64,000 nt of DNA from an uncultured Acidimicrobiia bacterium (lineage in GTDB: Bacteria > Acidobacteriota > Terriglobia > Versatilivoradales > Versatilivoraceae). The translations under genes were made by a program, and so were the position numbers. The notes under the pieces were generated by a model. The model was not told the origin of the DNA. It did not search any database and was given only the letters and a program-made list of their open reading frames with translations. Each line of letters starts with the position of its first letter. Within the stretch, counting starts at the first letter, position 1. The stretch is from assembly GCA_963786955.1 (NCBI GenBank), contig CAWBAT010000006.1, forward strand, positions 224,001 to 288,000. Reading direction: 5' to 3'. Positions 22,890 through 34,066 of this stretch are shown one piece after another.

Positions 22890-23724
22890 AGCGTAAAGCC
22901 TCTTCACCCAAGGTTTGGAGAATTGCGGTCCGCATGGCATCCTTCCAGTCGCTTCTTGCCTTTATCTCGATAAGTTTTAGGGCAAAGCGGGCCATGTTGA
23001 TTCCGTCGCGCACGGTGTACCGTTCGTCCGCTTCGTGGGCCGCTTGCAGAAAATCCGTCACGTAATCCAGAACCTGATCCTCCGCAAAAGGGAGGTTTTC
23101 CTTTAAGATTAAGAGTTCCTCTTCCCGCTCGGGAAAGTCCAACAGAATTTGCGGTTGCAATCGCGAATGAATGTATTCCGGCAATTCGAATGTGGAAGCA
23201 TCGTCGTTCATCGTGGCCACCATGCGGAAATTGGGATGCGCATAGATCTTAATGCCGGCGACAATCGACTCCACATACCGGCGTGTATCGAGAAGTGGTG
23301 CCAGGCTGGCCCAACTCTTTTCACTCATCCGATTTCCTTCGTCTAATATCGCAATCCCGCCCCGGATCATCGCCGTGACCAGAGGAGACCCGACATAGCG
23401 TAGCTTCCCTCCGGATTCCACGACAGGAGTCACTAATAGATCCTCTGGCCGTGTATCCATGGTGGATTGCATGATATAAACCTCACGCCCCATTTGCTTG
23501 GCCACAGCGTAAGCTAAAGTTGTCTTTCCGACGCCAGGTTTCCCGAGAAGGCGGGGATTCATGGGTACATCTTTGGGATCCACAATCATCCATGCCGCCA
23601 TTAGCTGTTTGATTAATTCCTCTTGGCCAACCCAACGAATTTGTAATTCGTCAGGGTGAGCCAGGAAAATGGTCACGTTATCGATGATGACGCTGCGTTG
23701 CGTCGGAGGAGTCTCAATCTTCAT
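22876..23724 (-). CDS. MoxR-like AAA+ ATPase
   Basis: Walker A GKPGVGKT, Walker B ILDEGNR, HPNFRMVATMN sensor I, arginine-finger region LPEYIHSRL. Confidence 0.9.
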   Translation of the reverse strand: MKIETPPTQRSVIIDNVTIFLAHPDELQIRWVGQEELIKQLMAAWMIVDPKDVPMNPRLLGKPGVGKTTLAYAVAKQMGREVYIMQSTMDTRPEDLLVTPVVESGGKLRYVGSPLVTAMIRGGIAILDEGNRMSEKSWASLAPLLDTRRYVESIVAGIKIYAHPNFRMVATMNDDASTFELPEYIHSRLQPQILLDFPEREEELLILKENLPFAEDQVLDYVTDFLQAAHEADERYTVRDGINMARFALKLIEIKARSDWKDAMRTAILQTLGEEALRYVLR

Positions 23725-24068
23725 ATATGATTCCTAATCTTGCATGCCAGAAGTTGTTGCATTCATAATTCTTGGGGAGCGCCGGAAAGAATGGATAAGC
23801 CATTCATCTCGCAAAGCCCCTTTATCCCGGCAATAATCATCAGCAGGTAGAGTTGTTAATATCCATTCAAATACGCCTTATTAAACCATATCCCTCTGCA
23901 TCGTCACCAGGTTTTGTCAAAAGTCGAGGAATCGTCAATTCCTCTCACGCGACGGTTAAGAATCAATCTTACCGATGAAATGGCTACTGCATCCTGTAAT
24001 TGCTAACTTGTCTTTTGAATCTTTTTGCAGCGGTATCCCTGGACTGACGATTCCTGACCACTATTGAC

Positions 24069-24320
24069 ATGGATGCTGATATTGTTTATGTGAGTCTAAC
24101 GGCAAAAGGACTTCGTCCCGATATAATGGCAGTGAAGCGGGCACGGGCGATGGAATCACACATCAGACAACACAATGAGCTTATTGTAGTTGTAATGAAA
24201 AAGAAGAACGATATTATAAGAATTAATCGTAATTCCGAGTCGGTGATTAAGGCGGGCGACGGTTTTACCGCGCTGGACGACGCCGCAAGTCTCCGCTGCA
24301 TGGAAGAGAGTCCCGGTTGA
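24069..24320 (+). pseudogene. Remnant of a TrkA-N/TrkA-C (RCK) potassium channel gene
   Basis: DADIVYVSLTAKGLRPDIMAVKRA (RCK-N end) joined directly to ESHIRQ..LIVVVMKK..SESVIKAGD (RCK-C); no TM or N-terminal part. Confidence 0.55.
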
Positions 24321-24331
24321 GGAGAAGGGAT

Positions 24332-25209
24332 ATGGAGAGCACAAAGAGATTTTTGCTGGGCCTGGCTGTGGGATTGTTTTTCATGCAGCTTTGTGCCTAC
24401 TCACAAAATCTCGCTGACATGGCTCAACAAGAGAAAGAGAAACGTGCCAAACAAAATAAGAGTTCGAAGACTTATACCAATGAGGACTTGCTCATTTACA
24501 ACCGTGACGAAGCTCCCACCTCAGGAAACTCTGCGCTGCAAAACGTAACCTCTTCGAAGCCAAGAAGTCCTCTTGCCGGGCCTTCAGATAACGACGAACG
24601 CGCCTGGAGCAAGCGATTCATCGAAGCTAAAGAGAAAATTGCGCAACTGAAGCAACTGGGGGAATCGCTCCAAACGAGGCTCAACGGATTCAGTACGAAA
24701 TTGCTGATGCAATCGGATGTATTCGATCGAGAACATCTCTACCCGCAGTTGGTGACACAAACCGAAGAACAGATCAAAAAGAACAAAGCCGATCTTAGCG
24801 AAGCCGAGCAGAAACTTGAAGATTTACGAGACGCCTTGCGAAAGAGCGGTAACCCACGATCCTGGGAAGATTCTCAGGCAGCCCTAAAGCCTTTACCAGA
24901 AACCGAGAAGAAAGGTCCCCCCCCAAAAAAGGACCAGAAATACTGGCAGGAGCAGTTGGCCTTAATCGACAAACGCTATGATGATTTAATTACCCCACTT
25001 GAAGACGAGCGATTTCAAATGATCCATCGTGTTCCCCCTAAGGAAGGCCAGCCTGTTGCCCAGACCGGGTTTCTCGGATTGGGAGCTCCCCCTTGGTCAA
25101 TGAGCTCGATGGGAAAATCAAAGATCTTAACCAGAAACGCGAGCAGGAAAAAAAGGAACTAGTGGATCAAGCCATGCATGAAGGCGCATTGCCCGGCTGG
25201 TTCCGATAA
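24332..25209 (+). CDS. Secreted coiled-coil hypothetical protein (frameshift near 25095)
   Basis: Signal peptide, QNLADMAQQEKEKR..TYTNEDL, two coiled-coil repeats ending GNPRSW and GALPGWFR-stop. Confidence 0.75.
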
Positions 25210-25216
25210 TTCCCGT

Positions 25217-25394
25217 GAGCGCGGGCGCCCCACCAGCCTGTAGCAACAAGCCTCCCGGCCTATTATCCGGCTGTAGCCGGCCTCGCTGAGGCCGGCATTG
25301 GTCCGGGGCCAACGGCCCCGGCTACAACGTCATCTTTCCTATAACGCCAAGCGTGGACGCCTGTCGCCACTGGCGGGCAAGCATGCCTGCGTAC
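25217..25394. repeat. Cluster of GTAG-type REP-like hairpins (BIME-like)
   Basis: GTAGCAACAAGCCTCCCGGCC, TGTAGCCGGCCTCGCTGAGGCCGGC...CCGGGGCCAACGGCCCCGGCTACAA, GCGGGCAAGCATGCCTGC; units recur at 28534-28745, 35929-36040, 39761-40003, 46991-47128. Confidence 0.85.
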
Positions 25395-25411
25395 GGCTTT
25401 ACCGTTTTTAT

Positions 25412-28303
25412 TTATCGCTTAGGTAGAAAATTACTTAACCGCCAATATTCAGTCTGACGTTTGTAATTTCGTTGGAAAGCAATCTGTTTGCCATCAGGCG
25501 ACCACTGGGGAGAGGCCGGAGTCGTCTTGTAATTCGCGTCTCCCTCCCACAAAACGTGATCACCCGAGAAATAATCTACCATCCACATGTCAACCCTTTT
25601 GTCGGCCACGTTGTGAACCGTCCAGGCGATCCGCTTTCCATCCCTCGACCACGATAAATCACCTGCAAGAAGATACTCACCATCGGCGCTAGGTGTGTGC
25701 GAATCTGGGGCGCAGGTGACCTTCCTCTTGGTCCACCATCACGCGATACGACTTCCAAGCAATCTCCATTCGTATAGGCGATCTCCCTTCCGTCTGGTGA
25801 CCATCGAGGATGGGGCTGGGTTTGTTGCACATAAACCACATCTCGAACCAATCCAGTTAATCGGTTCAAAACTTTTACGGCGTGCCGGGTTTCTTTCTGC
25901 TGGTATTCCGGCCAAAGAAGCTCTTCGCCATCCGGCGACCAGCTCAACGACGGATTCGGCCATCCGTCAGCTTTCCAAAGTTCGATAGTTTTTCCGCTCT
26001 TCGGAAAGTACTGATAAAGGCTTTTGTGGTGAAGGCCATCCCCGAAAAATGCCCAGGACCTCCCGTCAGGCGAGGGGGAACTATAGTCCGACCCATAAAT
26101 GCTCGGAAAACGAATGGTCCGTTCTTCCGCTGTGGCCAAAGTCCTTTCGATGATGTGCCCATCTTTATAGTAATAGAATTTGCTACCATCCCAAGACCAA
26201 AACGGTTCAACCGTCCCATCCAAGAAGGCGGACACGGCCTCTTGCCTAGGTAATCCAGTGTTTTGATCGATATCCAGGAAAAAGATTCGTGGTAATAGCT
26301 CCTTGGAGCTGTCAAAGAAAAGTTCTCCTTCGGCATTGATCCACCAATCGGGTTTCCTTGTCAGTCCAAGCTTTGCCAACAGAAACGGTTCACCTAAACG
26401 GCTTCCCTGTTCGGGATCCACGCGCAAGGCCCAAAGATCTCCGGTGTTCCCGGAAGAACGAAGATAGAGAATGAGTTTGCCATCCGGGGACCAGATCGGA
26501 GCCATTTCTGAAGCTGGGTCGTCGGTGAGACGCAACTCCTGGCCATCTCGCGTATCGGCCCGAGTCAGGTAAATATCCCAATTGTCATTGCGCATGGCTG
26601 CGTAGACCACCAAACGGCCGTCCGGTGAAATGTGCATCCCATGACTCTGTTGAGTGGTTGTCGCGATAGGCTGCAACTGTTTATCCTCTATAGAGAGAAA
26701 AGCAATCTGCTCCTGGTTATTTGGGAGGTCGATAGTACATACAAACCCGCTCCCATCCGGCGCCCAATCGCGGATCAATGGGAGTGCATTTGATTCGCGC
26801 TTAAAGATTAGGTTCCGGGCTCCATTTTCTAGCGCAACGGTCTCCCACGTCATTGCCTTCTCAGCCTGGATATCAACAGTTTCGACTACCAAGCGTTTGC
26901 TATCGCGTGACCAGGCGAACCGATCTATGGCCTGTGGTAGCAAGAGCCGGGTTTCACCGTTATGAAGGTTTTCAATCCAAAGATGTTGTGTTTCCGGATG
27001 AAGATAAGCGCGCCAGTTCCCATCCGGGGACACATTCAGCGAATCACGCGGATCAACTTGTTGCAAGACGGGGCGACTTCCAGAAGCCTTGGCAGGACGC
27101 AAGGCTGGGAGGGTACGCCAGATTGCGATTCCGGCAGCGAGAATCAGCGCCGCAGCGACCATTATCCACCGATGACGAACAATCGTTACCGTTCCTGGCC
27201 TCAAAAGGGTACTTGCCAGCTCGTCCCCAAAGTCCCTGGCCTGCTTGTACCGATCCTGGGCTTCGAACTCCAAAGCCTGCAAAATAGCCTTCTCGACGCT
27301 GGCGGGGAGATCCGGTCGCAACTTCACGAGGTTTCGGAAAGAATCTGGTCTTTTGATGCTGATAAAGGTCCGCCAGTGGACGCCGCCCGGAAGAGCCTCC
27401 TTCCCGTGAGCATCTCGTAAGCAATGACACCCAGAGCAAAAATATCGCTGGAGGCTGCCGGCATCCCTTTGATTTGTTCCGGGGCCATATAATCCAGAGT
27501 TCCTCCCAAGCCGGTCTTCTCACTCTCTCCTGTGAATTGTGGATCCCTGATCTTGGCCACCCCAAAATCGATGAGTCGCGCTCGTACTTCTCCTTCCTCC
27601 GAATCCTGCACCATGATGTTGCTCGGCTTCAGATCCAGATGCAGAATACCTCTGGCATGGGCAGCGCTAAGTGCCTGGCCAACTTGCTGTATGATCTGAG
27701 CTGCGCGTTGAGGCTCCATCCCTTCCGGTTTCAGGTAAGAACGGAGGGTCGTCCCTTCCACATATTGCATGACATAGAAAGGTTTGCCGTCCGGCATTTC
27801 CCCCGCGTCGGAGACCGTAACGATTCCCGGATGGTCCAGGCGTGACAAAGCTTCTATCTCCTGGTGGAACTTTTTCAAGAACCAGGCATTCTGATAGGAC
27901 TTGTCTTGCAGAGCCTTGATAACGACTTGCTTCGAATGCAATTGCTGGTCACGCGCCAGGTAAACCACCCCGACCCCACCCCTTCCCAGTTCCCTTTCAA
28001 TCAGGTAGCGCCCTTTGATGAGGACTCCTTCAAAACTCGGTCTGGCGATATTTTCGGGATTCTCTACTCCCAAACTATTGAGAATCCCCGCGCGCGCTGG
28101 TAGAGTCTGAGACCGAGTCCAGGATAGGTTCCTCCAAAAAGTGTCCAGCTTGCTCGTGTTCGGTCAGTAGTGATTCCACTTCCTGCTGCATTTCCGCATC
28201 GCCTTGGCACGCTTCGGCGAGGAAGTTCCTTCTCTCTTCTGGTTTCACACTCCAGAGCCGCTTCGAACAGGTCCGTAATTTTTTGCCACTGCTCTCCAGT
28301 CAT
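25412..28303 (-). CDS. Membrane Ser/Thr protein kinase with periplasmic TolB-like WD40/PD40 propellers (several frameshifts)
   Basis: MTGEQWQKITDLFEAALE N-terminus typical of ECF-linked kinases; LGRGGVGVVY, VVIK, HLDLKPSN, DFG, YMAPEQ; TM WIMVAAALILAAGIAIW; many SPDG repeats. Confidence 0.9.
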
Positions 28304-28322
28304 TTAATCTTCTCAAGATTAC

Positions 28323-28463
28323 TAACGCAGATTTCTCACCACTAAACAAGATAGAGACAGCCTGAATTTGAGAAATAACACTCGCCGGGTGGGGTCACCC
28401 GGCCTACAACGGTTGCAGGCCGCATGACCTCATGCGGCGTCTGGTGGTGAGAAATCCGAGCTA
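28323..28463. mobile_element. MITE-like element with 20-bp imperfect TIRs enclosing a REP doublet
   Basis: TAACGCAGATTTCTCACCAC ... GTGGTGAGAAATCCGAGCTA (17/20 inverted match); interior GCCGGGTGGGGTCACCCGGCCTACAA. Confidence 0.65.
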
Positions 28464-28469
28464 ACACGA

Positions 28470-28788
28470 TGCCGCAAAACTTCCAAGATCTGAAGAAATC
28501 ATTTGTAACCGTGGTCGCCGGTCACAGATAAAGCTGTAGCCGGGGTCGGTGACCCCGGCCCCTTACCGGGATCACCGATCCCGGCTACAACTGCGGTCAA
28601 CCATCCGCGGGCGGGAAACATCCATCAATCAGCGTAATAACACAAATCGCCCAGTAGCAACAGGCCTCCCGGCCTGTTCTCCGGCTGTAGCCGGGCCCGT
28701 TGGTCCCGGCCACACGGGCCGGGGTCAGCGACCCCGGCTACAACGAGTTTTTCTGCAAATTGTTAAATCCCTAAAATATTTTGCAGCA
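28470..28788. repeat. REP array bounded by short inverted ends (TGCCGCAAAA/TTTTGCAGCA)
   Basis: Two TGTAGCCGG...CCGGCTACAA doublets plus GTAGCAACAGGCCTCCCGGCCTGTT; 9/10 inverted end match. Confidence 0.65.
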
Positions 28789-28971
28789 CGTAATGAATCC
28801 ACGCCGTGAAGGCCATTGTTAATGTCAAATCACCCCGAGCTAAGGACGCTCATTTAGCCAGGAAACGCGCCACTCCATCGGAGGGTCGGCTTTCAGAACA
28901 GGCTTCTCTGTGTAATGCGTATTCTACGCCAAATAGGGGTCTTGCGGACTTGAATTCAAATAAGTATTTTT

Positions 28972-29004
28972 AATGACCCCATTTGGGCCTGTTTCTCGCA
29001 TTAC
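28972..29004 (+). promoter_or_regulatory. Putative ECF-dependent promoter, copy 1 (AATGACCCCATT-N9-TTCTCGCATTAC)
   Basis: Both 12-mers and the spacer length are identical to 33973-34005. Confidence 0.75.
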
Positions 29005-29176
29005 ATTAAATGAGAGGTTTAGAGCCAAGTAAATCGAGATTGTCCTTTCTTCGTGCATTCCTAATATGAGAACTATACATTCCGAATTATTACTGCTACA
29101 AGTATGAACATTAATCTTCACAGGGCTAATAACTATAGGATTTCGCTGTAGGGGTCTTGTTTCTGATCCTGCCCCG

Positions 29177-29311
29177 CTTAGTACTGCTATTCGTAATTAC
29201 GGTGACGTATCTTGGGATAGGCGCCGCATAGGGGCACGCGGCCTACAATCCAGTAGGCCGACTCACCGACCCGGCGTTAAGGTCACCGTATTTATTAAAT
29301 GTAGTAGTAAG
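29177..29311 (+). mobile_element. MITE with ~30-bp TIRs (CTTAGTACTG..TACGGTGAC) enclosing GGCCTACAA/GTAGGCC hairpins
   Basis: Closely related inverted copy at 61670-61822. Confidence 0.8.
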
Positions 29312-29454
29312 TTGTGAAACTCAGCGAACAATTGCTGTATCTGAAGACGTCTAATTCGGCCGGGCTTCATTCATGTGACAACTAGCTGGCTACAGCATGA
29401 AATTTTCCACCTAATACCGACTCTTTAAATGTTGCGTGCCACCTGGAAAACATC

Positions 29455-32400
29455 ATGTTGAAATCGATACGAACGACTTTTGTCTTATTAAGTCTCTGTG
29501 TCGCTTGGCTGAGTCTTCTCTCCACCGCATGGGCACAGAGCGATCGCGGGAGTCTTACTGGGACTGTGACGGACTCGAGTAAATCGGTGATGATTGGTGT
29601 CTCTGTGACCGTCACCAACTTGGCAACGGGGGTTAAAGCCATGGCCTCGACCAATGAGAGCGGAAACTACACGATTTTATTTTTAGGGGCGGGAAGTTAC
29701 ACGCTGACAGCCGAACGGGCCGGCTTCAAGCAATATTCTCGGTATGGGGTTAATGTTCGAGGTCGGTCAGGCAACCCGCTTGGATTTCAGCATGCAAGTA
29801 GGAGAAATTACTGAAACCCTTGAAGTCACAGAGGACGCAGTCCCCCTAAACTCTTCCGATTCGAGTCTCGGAACCGTCATTTCCAAACAGCAATTTCAGG
29901 GATTACCGCTAATCGGGCAAGGAGAAACGCGCAATCCTACTTTCTTCATGATTTTAGTTCCTGGTGTGACGGGTCGTGGCACTGCCTCTAGCCCTGGCAG
30001 CTTTGATTCCCGTACTTTGTCGACCACTGTGTCTGGCAGCCAGTCTGGTAGTACCGAGCTACATCTTGAGGGCTCGATAATTGCAAGTGATGCGGAATTT
30101 TCGGGAGATGCTCGCAACGTCGGCTTCCCTCCAGACGTTGTAGCAGAATTCAAGATGACCACGGTGAACGCTCCCGCCGAATACGGCCATTCAGGCGGTG
30201 GCATTGCCAGCTTTCACCTTAAAGTCTGGTACCAACCAGCTCCACGGTTCCATCTATGAGTACTTCCGCAATAACGCGCTAGATGCCAGAGGGTTCTTTG
30301 CCACAAAGACACCCACTCACAGGCAAAACGAATTTGGAGTCACCGCCGGCGGACCAATTATCAAGAACAAAACTTTCTATTTTGGGTGGTTCAATGGTTT
30401 TACCCTAAATAAGGGAGACACGAACTCCATTCGAACCATCCCTACCGCCGCCTCGAAAGAGGGTGACCTGAGCGAGTTTCTCGGGCCCCAGCTCGCCGAG
30501 CCCGATGCCCTGGGCCGGCCCGTGTACCAGGGCGCCATCTACGATCCCGCCACCACCCGCACCGTGATGGCGGGACACGTTGATCCCGCCACAGGTTTGA
30601 CTGCGACCGCCGATGCGACGATTAGGGATCCGTTCCCGGGTAACCGGATTCCCTCGAACCGGTTCGATCGAGTCGCGACGAATATCCTGCCGTTATTCCC
30701 TGCGCCAACCCGGCCCGGCATCGTGAACAATTTCGATTCTGAAGCTGCTGCCGTCAACCAAACTAACCAGTACGGAATAAAAATAGATCACCAATTCACA
30801 GCCAATCACAACATTAATGGATCATTTGTCTGGTCGACGTTAGCTACCCAGGACGTCTCTGCATTTCCGGGTGCGCTTTCCACCACGATTCCAAGTACCT
30901 CGAGAACTCGAATATTTCGTTTGAGCGAAGACTCAATTCTTCGACCGAATTTGATCAACCATGCCACGTTCGGTTTCAATCGTTGGCGTTTTGGTACGAA
31001 TCCAGCTCCTGAATCCCTTGGATGGCCGGCGAGGATCGGTTTGACAGGCGTGAATGAGGAGGGGTTATTTCCTCGCATTAAATATCAATATAGCCGAAAA
31101 AGGGAATGGTTACGGAGGCACTGGAATCAGCTCTGGCGCTCAGAATAATTTTGACGTCAATGAAGGCCTGAGCTGGATCAAGGGGAAGCACACTTTCAAA
31201 TTTGGTTTCGAGTATCTGAAAAGCCAAAGCAACGACGCGAGCACTTATGGAGATGCCGGCAGCTTTAGCTTTGATTATCCGGAAACCGCCTTGCCGGGCT
31301 CTGCAGGGTTAACAGGAACAGGTCAGGGGATGGCCAGCTTTCTTCTAGGTTGGGCTGATTCAGGTGGAGCCAATGTTTATTCCTCTGGAAATTACGAGCG
31401 GAACGGATACTATGCAGGATACGTTCAAGACGATTTTAAATGGACTTCCAAGCTCACCCTCAACCTGGGGCTCCGCTATGACCTCTATCGCCCCACGGTA
31501 GACAAATGGAATCACCAGGCCTGGGTGGACATGCACGAGCCTAATCCTGCTCTCGGGGGATTTCCGGGCACGATGGTGTTTGCCACTCCGGATCGACGCA
31601 CCGGGGTCGATCAGTTTAATAACGGCTTTGGTCCGCGATTTGGGCTGGCCTATAGCCTCAACCCGAAAACGGTGTTGCGCGCTGGCTATGGCCTCTTTTG
31701 GGCTCAGGGCGGCTACATTCGCGCCAGCCGTGGTCTATACATCCAGGGATACAATTCGTCTAATGGTTTGTCTTCGCTCGATCAAGGAATTACGCCCGCC
31801 TTGGTCTTGCAAAACGGCTGGCCGGCTTCAAACTGGCCAGCTCCGCCTTTCATCAGTCCTACGACTGGCTTCAACAATGGAGTTCACATTCTTGAGCCTG
31901 ATGATGCCCATCCCCCTTATTTGCAAAACTATAATGTTGGGACTCCAGCGGCAATTGCCGGGACAGATTCTCCTCGATATCGCTTTTGTCGGAAACAAGG
32001 GGACCCGCCTGCAAAGCCGCTTGATGCCAACCAATCAAATGGATCCCCGCTATTTGTCCTTCGGAGACTTGCTGTTTAAGCCCATCGCCGATACATCCGT
32101 CCAAGCATTACCCGTGGTGCAGGCCATGCCCTTGGATTCCGCTACCGGCCATCATGTTCCCTTTGCAGGATTTGAATCCATCATGGCAGGCGACGCCACG
32201 CTGGGCCAGGCCTTGCGCCCAACCCCTCAATATACACAAGAGGGTTCCAATTCCCAAAATCGGCGCTTTTACGAAGGGACGGGGAAGTCGAACTACTACG
32301 CATTGCAGGTGAAGCTAGAAAAACGCTTCTCTAAAGACTTGAGTTTTGTGGTCGCCTATACCTGGTCTAAAACGCTCACCGACGCAGAATCCCAGTTCTC

Positions 32401-33063
32401 TGAGTTCTCGGGTTTCACGCAAGATCCGTACAATCGCAAGGGTGAAAAGAGCTATAGCCTTAACGACTATCCCCAGAACCTGGTCGTCAATTACCTCTAC
32501 GAATTGCCCTTTGGCCCGGGCCAGCAATTTGCCAAAGGCAGGAGGAGCGGTCGGCAAGATCGTGGGAGGATGGAAAATCGCCGGGATTCAACAGTATCAG
32601 AGCGGTGCTCCCAATATTGTCAGAGGCGAGTTACAACTCCATATGGCCGTTTGAGGGCCCTAACGCTTTCATCACCCGTCCCAATATAGTCCCTGGCGTG
32701 CCACAGAAATCCGCCGCAGTCCTCTCGGGTCAATTCGACCCCAACCGGGACAGCATGATCAATCCCGCAGCTTTCCAGGATCCGCCACCCTATACTTTTG
32801 GTAACGCTCCACGAACTTTTGGAGGGTTACGAGGCTTTGCCTATCTCAATGAAGATTTCTCGATCATCAAGAGCACGAACGTGAACGAACGGGTGAGTAT
32901 CGAGTTCCGGGTAGATTTTCTGAATTTGTTTAATCGGGTGGTTTTTGGCTTAGGGTCTGGCGGAGACCAGTATGGCTCAGTCCTCAGCACGAATAATCTA
33001 TGGGGTGGCAGCCAATCGAATATTCCGCGCGAGATTCAGTTTGGGCTAAAGATCAATTATTGA
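29455..33063 (+). CDS. Oar-like TonB-dependent transporter with carboxypeptidase-regulatory N-domain (several frameshifts)
   Basis: Signal + AQSDRGSLTGTVTD, AEYGHSGGG, KSGTNQLHGSIYEYFRN, YVQDDFK..LTLNLGLRYD, GPRFGLAY, C-terminal PREIQFGLKINY. Confidence 0.92.
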
Positions 33064-33277
33064 GGGTGGGTACGCAGGAGGATTCCCCTCCTAAGTTTAG
33101 GGAGCAATGTAACTTAGTCCCCCGTCGCTATTTCATGGAGCGTGCAACGGAGCGTAACCCTGCTCCACCAAGGTAGGGATAAATTCCAACTTCGGATTTG
33201 GGATTAATTCTTGACACTTCATCTTATCCCTGACCCGGCATTTTCATTTCATAGTCTAGTCTTGTCTTTATCACTGC

Positions 33278-33850
33278 TTATTTCCCTTTCCCAATCTCCC
33301 GGTGCAGCCAAGCTCTAGCCACAGTCCAATCACGCTTTACGGTCTTCGGTGCGATTCCAATCAGTTCGGCAGTTTCTTCCACCGTCAATCCGCCGAAAAA
33401 CCGCAATTCAATAATCCGGCATTGACGCGGCGAAAGTTCGGCTAACTTCGTCAAGGCGTGGTCGAGGGCCAAGAGTTCTTCTGTCTGTTCAGGAGTGAAG
33501 ATAAGAGAGCCAATTTCAAGAGAAACCTTTTGCTCCTGTCCCCATCGTTTCCCGCTCTGCCTGGCCCTGGCGTAATCCACCAGAACACGGCGCATGACCC
33601 GCGCAGCCACTCCAATGAATTGCGCCTGGTTCTGCCAGGTGATCTCTCCATGCTCAACCAGCCGCAGATAGGCCTCATGAACCAGCGCCGTGGTCTGCAA
33701 GGTGTGATCGGGGCGTTCCTGGCGCAGATAGTGCCTGGCCAGCCGTCGTAATTCGTCGTACACGACTGGAATCAATTTTGAGGTTTCTTCAGGCTGGCCT
33801 TTGGTAAGGTCAGCCACCAGGCGAGTCACATCTCCTGGATCTGTGGGCAT
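33278..33850 (-). CDS. ECF sigma factor, TIGR02999/ECF43-like (kinase-associated type)
   Basis: LIPVVYDELRRLA, HTLQTTALVHEAYLRL, MRRVLVDYAR, ELRFFGGLTVEETAE, TVKRDWTVARAWL. Confidence 0.93.
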   Translation of the reverse strand: MPTDPGDVTRLVADLTKGQPEETSKLIPVVYDELRRLARHYLRQERPDHTLQTTALVHEAYLRLVEHGEITWQNQAQFIGVAARVMRRVLVDYARARQSGKRWGQEQKVSLEIGSLIFTPEQTEELLALDHALTKLAELSPRQCRIIELRFFGGLTVEETAELIGIAPKTVKRDWTVARAWLHREIGKGK

Positions 33851-33972
33851 GGGAGAGTTCCGTATCGTCAGTTCTTTCTTCTGTAGCGACTATCAGATCA
33901 CTTCCATTCTACCCTCTGGAAAACCCAAAAACACATGGAATTATTTGGGTCCGTCTCCCTCACCAAAAAGAG

Positions 33973-34005
33973 AATGACCCCATTCTTCACAAATTCTCGC
34001 ATTAC
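33973..34005 (+). promoter_or_regulatory. Putative ECF-dependent promoter, copy 2
   Basis: AATGACCCCATT-cttcacaaa-TTCTCGCATTAC, 61 nt upstream of the ATG at 34067, which has a GGAGG RBS. Confidence 0.78.
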
Positions 34006-34066
34006 CCTATGAGATTCAAAGCGCGAATCCACCTATTCAAAACAAAAAAAACAATGGAGGTTTAAC

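Noticed and set aside
27610-27660. Kinase HLD instead of HRD as a sign of a pseudokinase
   Set aside because: Catalytic Asp, Lys, Asn, DFG and APE are all present; only the RD arginine differs
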